From: Takakia lepidozioides
Lineage: Eukaryota; Plantae; Bryophyta
Reading direction: 5' to 3'
NCBI GenBank assembly: GCA_030704615.1
Contig: CM060731.1
Location: 81,344,001-81,408,000 of the forward strand
DNA: 64,000 nucleotides
A program made the translations under genes and the position numbers. This document shows, piece by piece, positions 12,604-23,499 of this stretch. Numbering within the stretch: position 1 is the stretch's first letter; every line of letters begins with the position of its first letter. Under the pieces are notes generated by a model, which made no database searches, had not been told where the DNA came from, and worked only from the letters and a program-made list of their open reading frames with translations.

Positions 12604-14351
12604 CTACTGTGACTGGACATCTTCGTTTTCCGACCTCCTCATATCGAACACTTGAGTTGTGCCTCGAGCTTTGAATCTTCTCTTGTTGGGGCAGTTTAAT
12701 GCTATGTGATCATCTTCTCCGCAATAAAAGCATAATTGTCGCGGCCCTTTGTCTTGAGGGCAGGGGGTCGGGACACATGAGGGGCTGCCCCTGTGGTGGG
12801 GGCAGCGGCAGCGATAGGTATGGGGGGCTGAGGCACCCTTGAGTGCCCAAGGCACTCAGGGAAGCGGAGGCGCTCACTAGGTGGAGCCCCGCACACCGGG
12901 TTGCGGTGGGGGTGGCTCCACAAGGGGTGGTGGTAGCTTAGTGGGACTTAGTGGGGGTGGCATAGGACTCACCATGGGGGCGGAGACCTCATGGTGGGAG
13001 TCGTGGGGAGTCTTGGGACTCATCACGGTCCATAGGGGCCGTGGTGAGCGGGCCAAGACTCACCGCGACTCACCACCGGGAATCGAGGTCTTCGTGGTGG
13101 TTCGCCATAAAATGGCATGGCTAGTTGTGAACCCCCGCGGACAGCTACAGAAGTATATAGGGAGTAGTAACCCCGAGAACGGTGCAAGCCCATTGGTGAC
13201 CAAAAACTAGTGAGTAAGCGAGCGAGCCGGAAAGCGACCAAAGAGTGGGGAGCTGTTCCGGACTGCCATCTACCAAAGGGAATTCTCCTAGTCCCAATTA
13301 GGTGGAGGGTTCTAGAGGGAAGCGAAAGGGGACCGTTATGTCCCGGTGAGCAGCCGAAGCTCCAAGTTGGCCCGGCGGCCAGGTTGGGAGTCAGGCGCGC
13401 GCATCAAAGCGAGTAACTATGACTTGAAGGGGAGTTTACCGAATTGAGGTGCGCGACAATAATCCATTCGAGCGCCGTCTTTGTTTTTCTTGTGGCGTCA
13501 ATGGCTTGAATCGGATAGCATCAATTTGCATAGGATCATTACCGGATGTCTGATGGATCTTGTGTTTGGTGCGGTAGTAGCAGCGGCATGGTGCATCGCC
13601 GACCATCCAGATCGCTTCTCTTGACGTCTTTCGAACAAACGATTATCGCATGCAATGACTTGGGTGATGAATTCACTCAGTGTACTCACGTTTGGCATTG
13701 TCAGCAACAAATCCTTTACATCCACTTTTAGGCCACATCGAAACTGACTAATGAGACTCTTCTCATTCCAATCGGGGTTGCACGCAAGTTGTCGAAATTC
13801 GGCAGCATAAACGGAAGCTGGACGTGCTCATTGTCGAAGATTTCGCATCTTTGTCTGTGCAACTCTCTCTCTATCATTGCAAACGTTGCAGTGAACTCGG
13901 ACATGAACGCTTCAAAATTGTATAGTAAATGCGAATTTTTCTCTAATAGCGGTGCAAACCAAGATAGGGTAGTGTCTGATAGAAGAGTGCCCACGAATCC
14001 CACTTGAATACCTTCATCAGGGTAGCGTTGTGGATGTAGTCGTAGGAACAATCGTACTTGTTGAACAAAACCGCGAAATCTTAATCTCGTCCCATCCTTT
14101 GGTTCCCTTGTAATTTGTTGAAGATTTGGAGGAACCGTTGCAGTATGATTTGTTGTAGTATAGACTCGTAAGGTTGAAGATCCATTGTTCGACTCCTTCA
14201 ACTCTGAAATTTGTTGTAGTAAATTGTTGAGAGCGTTGTCAAGATCTTAAAACTAATCAACTTGTAGTTGGGCAGTAGAGGCACGAAGTTCTTGCATCTG
14301 GAGCTGAAGACTCTGCAATGTGGAGACCATTTTCGCAAATGTGTCTTCCAT
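12604..14351 (-). pseudogene. gag: gag pseudogene of the Tcn1-like element, interrupted by a solo LTR
   Basis: FRGFVQQVRLFLRLHPQRYP...LSWFAPLLE retrotransposon gag; CFYCGEDDHIALNCP zinc knuckle. Confidence 0.85.
12737..13458 (+). mobile_element. Solo LTR of the Galadriel-like family seen at 39233-46180
   Basis: TGTCGC...GCGACA termini; 5-bp TSD ATAAT (12732-12736 and 13459-13463); near-identical to the LTRs at 39233 and 45455. Confidence 0.95.
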
Positions 14352-14389
14352 CTTAACTAACTAAAGAACAAATTTTAATCTCGTCAAAC

Positions 14390-15012
14390 TGTCAAGGACG
14401 AGAACATGACTGAACACAAACAAGATATCAGACTAGAGGTACAAGACTAGATAAGAAGTCAAGGTCGGCATGGCCATATGCACGATGAGTAAATATGAAT
14501 CAAGACGATCTTTATAACAATGAACAAGAGTACAAGATATTGGAACACGACTTGAATACTGGAATGCTGGAAACTGGACTGGAGTACCAGATACTGAAAA
14601 CTGGGCTAGAGTACTGGGAACTGGAAACAAGAGTAGCTTGAACTGGTGTTGGCGAGACTGAAGAGTGTCCAGTCTCGCCTCCTATATATACTGGCTACTA
14701 AGAAGTTCCCTAAAAAGCTAGAGGTTTCTTGATGGAGAAGTTTTCAAGATTAAACAAAAGTTTCTTGATGGAGAAGCTTCTTTAAACAAAGAAGATATCT
14801 TGATGGAGAAGTTTCCTCCAAAGGAAGCTTCTTGAGCAGTTTCCCAAGTTACTCTTGGTAATTTGATGAACTCCCGGTAACTTGGTAACTAATGGTAAAT
14901 CATGGTAGATCATGATAAATTACAGTAAGTCATGGTAACTTCCGATAATATGGTAACTTGGTAATTTTTGGTATTTACGCCTGGTAAGTTCTTCTGGGCT
15001 AGGTCCGACACA
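14390..15012 (-). repeat. 5' LTR of the Tcn1-like element
   Basis: Direct repeat of 7929-8487; TATATA box at about 14683-14690 on the minus strand. Confidence 0.92.
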
Positions 15013-15799
15013 TTTGGCGAATCTTTGACGGTTTTGAAACTGGTTATTTCATATCTATGTAACGAGTTGTAATAAGTCTTGCGCCAATTTTTTGTTTTTT
15101 TAGAACCGCGGATGTATATCCACATGACCTTCTTGAAACTGAGTGCAACTAATTCCAGACTTTTGGCTTAAATCTAGACAAAACTTAATATAATTTTATA
15201 TTTAAATTAAATCAAATAATGACAATATTATGAAACAATGAATCAAAATTATATTTGTGAAGTTGCATGACTCAAAATTCATTAATCGTCAAAGTCGAAT
15301 GACATACATTGGATAATACAAAGGATATTAATAAGCACAAGTATCCATAAAACGTCTTCACCAAGTACATTGTCAACTAGTTTGCTATCCCCAATAGATA
15401 TGCGCTATTCTCCGTAGACACCCTAGCTCTGAAACTAGAACGTCTACTCTACACATAAGGCCGGCATTGAGAGGACCGGGTGTCAATCGCAATGACCTAT
15501 TTTTTTGCAATTGCCTCCACGTCGAGTAGCTTGTAAGAATGGAGGTGACTTTGAAAAAATAGATTGTTTCACAAATAAAGAATGTCAGTCTCAAACCCGA
15601 TGGACTTCCGCAAACGAAAAGCCGATAGAAATTCGTGAATATTGAAACATGAATGCAAATGAAGGTGAATTGAAGTATTCAAATCGAAACGGCACACCAA
15701 AATCAAGACTTACTCACAAGAGAATCCGAATCCACGTTAATGAAATATGGAAGAATGTATGAAACCTCTAAAAAATTTCAATCAAAATTTCTCCAAACC

Positions 15800-17200
15800 A
15801 ATCTAATGTACCCCAAAGCTGAATTTTGTTTTTTTATTAATGACTCGCTTCGGATATGAGGTTTTAGGGTATTGTAGGGTAGAAAAAGTATCAAGGAAAA
15901 AAAAAAAATGGACAAGAGTGCAAGCTAGGAACCTATAAAAACTTTTAATGAAATATCCCAATCTTGAATCTATTATACCCCAAAGCTGGAATTTGTTTTT
16001 CTTAATGAGCTTTAAACATGGATACCTATAAGGCTTTAGGGGCATAAAATTTAGGAAAAGCAAAGGTATGAATCACAAAAAATATGCAAAAATATTTAGG
16101 ACCTATAAAATTTTTCAATCAAATACTAACCATTGTATTATATTCCAAAGCTAGAAAAATCAACTTGAACGAACTTTGAAACATTTGAATGAGGTTTTAA
16201 GGTATAGGGTCTGGGATAAGCAAAAGTACTATCAAGTACAAAAGAAATATGGAAAAGTCTTAGAACCTATAAAAACTTTCAAATAAATATCTTGATGACT
16301 CTATTATACATCTAAGCTGGAAAATAAAATTAATTGAGCTTCAAACGTAGAAACTATATTTTAGGGTATATGGTTTAGAGCAAGCAAAAGTATGATGACA
16401 CAAAAAAATGGGAGAACATTTAGGACCTATACAAGCTTTCAATTAAATATCCCTACTACTCTAGTATGCAATCCCAATCTTGGAAAAACGATTTTTGATT
16501 GAGCTTCAAACATTACAAAGATATTTTTGGGATACTGGGCTTAGGCTAAGCTAAAATAATAGATAAGCAACAAATATGAAAGAGTGTTTGGGATCTACAA
16601 AAATGTCATCTAAACATCCAAACCACTATATCTTATCTTAAAGCTTGGAAATGAAAAGTAATACTGAACCATATAAGAAGTAAGGAAGGAAAACAAAAAA
16701 CTCTTGTCGAAGCTGAATCAACGTTCATTAAATAGAGGTTTGTGGGGTATAGGGTTTAGGGTCTCAAGCAGATGTAGTAGTGTATTCAATGAAAAAACAA
16801 TGTGGAAATGTGTTTAGGAGGTTCTATAAAAAATTGCTAGGAAATATCAAACAATTCCAAACATCCCTAGAATTTGGAAGTTTTTAAAGCTTATAAAATT
16901 TCGGAATACAAGCTTTAAACATTAGAAATGACGTTTAAAGTAAAGGGTTTGGGCTTCAAACTTGGACATGAGGTACTAAGCAATTTTGTTAATGAGCTAA
17001 ATCAAACCTATAAATATTTCGATCATATATCACGACCACGCCACCACTCTATTGTACCCCAAATCTGAAAAAATGAATTGAATAAGCTTCAAACATTATA
17101 ATGACGTTTTAGGATAAAGGGTTTGGGATAAGAAACGTACTATCAAGTATAAATAAAATTGGAAGAGACCTTAAAACCTATAAAATTTTCAAGTACAAAC
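15800..17200. repeat. Degenerate AT-rich tandem array, unit about 160-170 bp, about 8 copies
   Basis: Recurring aacctataaaa / ccccaaagctg / gagcttcaaac / tagggtatagggt motifs at about 15930, 16100, 16264, 16423, 16590, 16820, 17005 and 17174. Confidence 0.75.
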
Positions 17201-17399
17201 TTTGTGATGGCCCATATTTTACCTTCCTTCTTTTCTCCTTGACTGATGTACTATGGTGCCATCAGATGCAATGTAGAGAGCTATTGAAAGCTACTCTGAC
17301 ATTCTAGTCTAGATATATTGTTACAAATACACTTTAATTCTTATTATCGTTGATCTTAGCAAAGGCCTAGATGTGCCACCCTAGCGCTGGTCCATTGAC

Positions 17400-18271
17400 G
17401 CCTCGTCATGTGGAGTTAGCTTAAACATGATGCACAATAGTTGAATATGCGTTGGGCATTACTGTGTACTTATATACCAAGTCTATCACTGAATGTCTAT
17501 CTAACAAAGATATGTTGTACTCACATTTTGTTAGCATTCCTGAAGGAGAATGACTAGAATCTATGATACGGGGATTCTAATATGTATAGGTTTGTCTAAC
17601 ATCTGTGGAGCTATAGACATTAAATTGGCCAAAAAACCAGGCAAAATTTGTGTCCCAGCAGACTATTGGAACAAACTCCTTCAAGGTATTTGCGATCACA
17701 CTACATGTTCTGTCGGATGCGTATGTTTGGCACCAGGAGGCATTCATGATGCAACCCGGATGCAACTCATTTTTTAGCCTCTTCATTGAATCGCAAATTA
17801 ATGAATAAAGAAATACTACAACATGATGTGGTGACAATTTCGAGAATAAAAATTCTTATATTGTTGGGGTTTTGCCTATCATCTACTCATCAACTTGACA
17901 AAAGTATTCTCAACTAGGTGGTGTGGCTTGACAATGATACGTATGATATGAATTTGTGCAAAGCAAGAGTACGAATTAAAAATTCTTTTGGACAACTCAA
18001 GAACAGATGGAGGGTGTTGAAGTGCTTGAAATTCTCAGTTCTATATGCGGCTCAAATTATTTTGGTATATGTTGCTTTACACAACTTCGCCAAGATGTGT
18101 GGAGATAAAGCATTAGAAGATCTCACAGAAGGTGGAAACGACTACCCTAATTTGAATGCCAATCTTATTCCTAGATTAATCCATTACAGTGAGAGAATAT
18201 ATAGTATGAGAACAAAATTGATACAAAGTATACTTCTGCAACATTGGGCTGAACATAGATACCATGACTAG
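17400..18271 (+). pseudogene. PIF/Harbinger DDE (DDE_Tnp_4-like) transposase remnant
   Basis: GLSNICGAID (first catalytic Asp region), APGGIHDA, and the C-terminal YDMNLCKARVRIKNSFGQLKNRWRVL...IILVYVALHNF signature. Confidence 0.8.
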
Positions 18272-18699
18272 CATGAACATTTGCATCTTCACTGTATTCT
18301 AAAGTTAGTACAACAAAGTCTTTGGCCATATTTTCTAATTGTCAATGGGAGTCATCACTACAAGGAACATTCAATACATTCACTCTCATTGCAAAGCTCT
18401 TGCCTACTTGTTTTTTAGAGATTCCAAAACTCATACTTTAACTTCATACAAAGGAGCAAAGTTTATCAGAGTTCCAAGGTCCCTAATGGTGTCATGAGTG
18501 CTGGTTTTTTACGTTTGTTTACACTGCAGAATCATGGGAAGAAAATTGATTGGGCTGACTTGTTACAGAGTCGAGCTACCGTTCAGCTGCGATAGCATCT
18601 GGTGTAAAATCGGAGCCCAATAGAGGTTGGTACACCAAGAATTTGTCTTATGCGAATAGCATATATGGAGCATTTGCTCCCACCTGGTTATGATACATT

Positions 18700-19750
18700 G
18701 TAGCTGCTAACTGTTGAAGCATCGCCTGACTTGAAACGTAAGAACAAAGAGTCGGAAACCAAGGTTGGTGTTCAAGAACACTCCCTCAAGTGGAGTCCTT
18801 GGAATGTACGGACGCAAGCTCGAGCAAGACATGGTGGTCAAACATGTAGAGATATGAAAGAATGAACTTTGGGGTATTGGAGGGATGTTGGAAGAGCTGA
18901 AGAAAGAAGAGTTTGCGAAGGTGTTCGCTGCCAAACAATTGGTAGTAGATGTTGCACAAAAGAAAGTGACACATTTGCAATCAAACCTAGAAGATGTCAT
19001 ACATTCTATGTTGAATGAGGTCGCTAAAGACATAGAAAAAAATTATGTACAGTTAGAGCGCCACAAAGAAATTGATATAGGGACTATGTAGTACCATCGA
19101 GCTTATAGAGCATCGCCCGCAAGATCTTAAAGATGTAGGATATTCGCTTGAGGAATTGTCGACCTTATTATCAAGTTCTAACCGTGTCATAGATTATTTG
19201 CACAACAAGCTTGCGGATATCAGGGTGTCATTTGAAAAAATTCATGAGGAGATATGTGACTTGTTGGTGGTTAAGAAAGCACATAACCGAGCTATTGATA
19301 TGTGCACCCTGAATTTCTCAAAGGCAGAAAACAAACTCAAAGTTGCTGCAGATCATGCTTGGAAGAGGCCAAATCAAATATTGCAGGTCTTCAACTATAT
19401 GTCGTTTTTGTGGAGCTATACCTTGAACGATTGGAACAAGGGGAGCCTATGATGGGTAGACCGAAACCTATCGTACACCCTAAGTCCGAATCATTGGAAG
19501 GCCTGAAAGGATCATTGAAGTTCTTCCTTGTTCTATTTGTAAGAGAGATTTTGACGGGGAGACTTGGGATGTTTGGTTGCATCTTGCAGCCACATCTACC
19601 ATCCATTTTGTCTGTATGCTCACTTGGAGAATAGTGACAACTATCTTCAATGCGGAGAGGAGTTCTCTGCAATGTGGAAGAGGTCACATGGCCTTGACAT
19701 TCTGCCACAGAGAATGGATGCAATCAGCCGTGATGTTTTGCTATAAAAAA
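18700..19750 (+). pseudogene. Coiled-coil plus RING-H2-like finger accessory gene remnant
   Basis: Heptad-rich ORFs at 18885-19452, then across a frameshift PCSIC...ASCSHIYHPFC...(Y)LQC. Confidence 0.55.
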
Positions 19751-20296
19751 CACCTACAAGAGGTATATGCTTTCTCCAAGCATTTACGTGTATCAATCTA
19801 TTGCAAATGTCTTTCTTGTTTGGTTCGACATGCTGAAACACTCTAAGCATCCCATGATATGTCCTGATTCTCTTCCAAATGTCATGTCTAATATCCAAGC
19901 TACTCCCGATCGTGTCCTCCATGTTTGCAACAATGGCCGCCACCAACTATTGTTTCCGACGTTCCGACTTGTCATGTACATTAGTTCCATTTGGCGCCCC
20001 ATTCTCCTCACATAGCCTCATCTCTTTTGCCCTAGCTCTTTGTTGTCTCTTCTTAAAAGCTTGAACACTAAGGCGCTCCCTCTCTAATTCCTCGTTGGTT
20101 TCATTACGTCTTATACGTGCTTTACTTGGCCGATGATTTCTACGTCCTCTTGAGACCATCTTTCTAAATATAACATTCCATATTTTTCTTTTTTAAAATA
20201 TTCTACCTAAACCCTACGCTCCACGATTTGCAAAATCGTCTGATTCTCTCATGTCACGTGGCAAATTGTAAGAGGCCAATGTTGTATGAACAAATC

Positions 20297-23105
20297 TGTC
20301 ATGGTTTTAGTCATGGTTGTCTAGAATTACCTACTTCTAGTTAACTAGGACATTTTAGATATTTATATTTATATTTCGTGTGTTGGGACTTCATTTGGTC
20401 TCACATGCCAAGTGAGATGTCGAGCCTCACTTGGGATATGGGGATAGGTTTTCCCCTTGTGAGGATGGAGGAGGCTCATCTTCTTGTAGTTGAGCCTCCA
20501 TGAGCCTCTCTCTCACCTCCATAGCTCTAGGTATTGAGAGGGAGTGTGGTGAGGGCTTTGTAGGGTGGATTCCCTTAGCAAGGGTACCCTTGGCTTGACT
20601 TAGTCTATGTGATTGAGTGGATTCATGAGTGGAGGGTTTCCATTATGTTCACTTTCGTTCTCACTACAAGATCACCTTATGTTTGTGAGTGCGGAGTGTA
20701 AGGATAGTTTTGCACTTGTGTTGGTGTACACCAAGGAGTGAGAAAGCTAGGGAAAGCTCAGGTATCTCACAAGGCTTGCAAGGTGTTGCAAGGGAGAGTG
20801 TGTTTGCATTGCATCAAGGAGGTGGAGAGCTCAAGGAGAGAGCTCTTGAGTTACAAGACTTTGCAAGTATTGCAGGGAGAAAGTCTTGTGTGTGTGGAAG
20901 CAAAGGTTTGAAAGTTTGAGAAGAATGAGCGTCATCTCTTGTATCTCGAGTGTTGTGACAACCATTTGCCAAGGAAGTGGCTTCTATGGTGAAAAGAATG
21001 CATTCAGGTTTTGTAGAAGCATTATTGTGCACCAAGGGTTTGAGAGCTTGGAAAAGAGCTCTTGCATCACAAGAGAAGAATCTTGTATGTGGAGAAGATA
21101 GACACTAGGGTTTCAAGAGCAAGCTCTAGTTGTTCATGGTGTGAAAGAGAAGCCAAAGGGCGGCACATGCTTGGGTTAGAAACACCATAGAAGGAGTACA
21201 ACAAGGATAGCTTGAGGAGCATTCAGTAGCTCAAGAGAAGCTAAGAAGTGGTTGTTTTATCCATGGTGAAATGAAGCCAAGTGGGGTTTCATTTGGTTGA
21301 CAAACAAGCAAGCTAAGGCGCTAGAAGGGAGTGCTTTTGTTAGTCTATGAGTTCTTGGATTGCTCTTGGTGAAGCAAGTGGTTGACCAAGCAAGTGGCGC
21401 ATGTGTGGAACATGCTTTCCAAGTGCGGCTTCTAACTTCAAGCTTGAGGAGAACTAGAAGGTGAAGGGAACAAGTCATTGTTTTGTGTATGAGGTGATGT
21501 TTATGTGGAGCATGTTTTCAGCCCATTGAGGCTTCTATTTTCAAGCCTTGGAGAGCAAGAAGAAAGGAAAAGGACTGGTTTCCACTTAGGTGAAGGAAAA
21601 GCACTTGTAGAGCACATGTTTGAGTTGGGGTTTCAACCTTAAGCTTGAGGAGAGCACGACTCTTGAGCTAGCAAGTGAAGGGACTTGAATCTTCCTCTTT
21701 GCATGAGATGGAGATGTATTGATGCTTGGAGAAGCAACACATAGAAGCCAAGAATGGAGCATGTGTGTGGATGGCCAAAAGATAGCACATGAATGAGTGC
21801 AAGACTTGGTTGTTTGTCAAATGAGGTAAAAAGCTTGATTCTTGAGCTCCAAAGAGAAGTGAAGCTTGTTGTGTGGCAAATGCATTGCTAGGTGAGATGG
21901 AATCAAGCTTGGTTGTGGCTTGAGGTAAAGAAGATCAAGGTGGTTTGCCTTGGTATCTCATAGAAGTCATGGATGCTTGAGGAGAGCAAGCATGAAGCTC
22001 AAGGAAGCCCAAACCCTAGCTTGGAATGCGCAAACCCTAGCATGGGATGCACAAACCCTAGCATGAGATGCACATGAAACCCTAGGTGCATGGGAACAGT
22101 CACCAAAGTGTGGGAACGGTCACTATAGGGTGGGAACATAGTGACATATAAAGACAATATAGGGCTTTCGGAGGATTTTCAAGGGCTTTTTGGAGGATTG
22201 TTTGGGGGATCTTTGGGGTCATTTGAGGAGCTTTTGTAAGGCACTTTGAAGATCTCTTGAAGAGGTATTTGGATGACTATTTGGAGGCCTATTTGCGGTC
22301 CTTGAAGGCCAAGTTTTGGCAAATTTTTGGAGCCTCTCGAAGGCTATGTGGAGGACCATTTGGGGTCTTTGAAGGCCAAGTTTTGGCAAGTTTTTGGAGC
22401 CTTTGGAAGGCTATGTGGAGGACCATTTGGGGTCTTTGAAGGCCAAGTTTTGGCAAGTTTTTGGAGCCTTTGGAAGGCTATGTGGAGGACCATTTGGGGT
22501 CTTTGAAGGCCAATATTTGGCAAGTTTTTGGAACCTTTGGAAGGCTGTTTGGAGGGCTGTTTGGGGTCCTTGGAGGCCGATATTTGGCGAGCTTGAGGAG
22601 TCTTTGGCGACTTGTTGAAGGACTATTTGGGGTCCTCGAGGGCCGAGATTTGGCAGGCTCTTGGGGCCTTGGTGTACTGTTTGGAGTACCATTGTCCAAG
22701 CTTTAGGAGTCTTAGTGAGATTGTTTGAGAGACATCTTGAGGGATCTTAGAGAGTTATTTGAGAGATCTTTGAAAGGTCTTGTCTATTGCTTAAGCAAGA
22801 GAGTGTGGAGATAGGGTAATGGGATGAGAGCATGCTGTGATAGGAATTGCTTTAGTCTCTCTTCCTTATAGTCTTCCACCCTCTCTGTAGACCAAAACCT
22901 TTCCGTAGGTGGAGGCAAGAGTTAGTCCGGGTTTGGGCTGGGGTGTCTTGCAGAAGTGACATTGTGGAGTGTTTTTGGTGTGGGGGAGTTACTGTTTTGA
23001 TTTCCTTGTGCTTGGATCCCCTCCACACATGCATGCTTGACTGTGTGCCATGTTAGTTTTGTGTGGGCGCTTGTTTTCGTAGGAGGTTGGTCCGGATTTG
23101 ATCAC
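20297..23105 (+). repeat. Putative 5' LTR of the DNMT-carrying element (3' boundary uncertain)
   Basis: Starts TGTCATGG; G/T-skewed non-coding sequence; a degenerate PBS-like ggtcaatcctagagc follows at about 23107. Confidence 0.55.
22270..22690 (+). repeat. 67-bp tandem repeat, about 6 copies, inside the LTR
   Basis: Unit ttttggagcctttggaaggctatgtggaggaccatttggggtctttgaaggccaagttttggcaag; near-identical ORF starts at 22394 and 22461. Confidence 0.9.
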
Positions 23106-23499
23106 CGGTCAATCCTAGAGCGTGCTGTCGATGGTGAGGCTGGGGTGCTGACCAGTCAGACCATCATTGTTCTCTTATAGTGAGGCTGGGTTGATGACCA
23201 GCAGACCATAGGAGTGCTTACAATGAATGTAGGTGCAGGTTTATGTTATGAACCTAGTAGTCCAAGCCATAAACTGCAACAGGTTCTCTACCCGGTTACC
23301 TTGTGGAAAGGGGATTAGAGACAGGTTGACAACCGGTTGGGTTGTGAGTTTTAATCCTGGAGGTGCCACTAGTTGCTGAGGGGAGTGCCGGTACGAGCAC
23401 CAGCAATACTAGTGGGTACACAAGACAAGGTGTGCGGTTTAGGCCACCGTCACCTTCAGTATCTTCTGAGAAAGGTTCAGACTCGGAGTCAGGAGGATT

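Larger units (their letters stand above)
7929..15012 (-). mobile_element. Ty3/Gypsy chromovirus, Tcn1-like, full-length but degenerate
   Basis: TG..CA LTRs at 7929-8487 and 14390-15012; 5-bp TSD TTTGG (7924-7928 and 15013-15017); PPT (minus-strand GTGGAGGGGGTGC) next to the left LTR; gag-PR-RT-RH-INT-chromodomain order on the minus strand. Confidence 0.93.

Noticed and set aside
12604-13416. ORFs inside the GC-rich LTR copies (also at 39145-39773 and 45292-46019)
   Set aside because: These are chance ORFs in LTR sequence, and their frames differ between copies.
19947-20159. Helitron or STPR-like N-terminus
   Set aside because: Only a short charged motif is present, with no Rep or helicase sequence nearby.
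22270-22690. CRISPR-like periodicity
   Set aside because: The units are contiguous tandem copies with no unique spacers, and they lie in a eukaryotic LTR.
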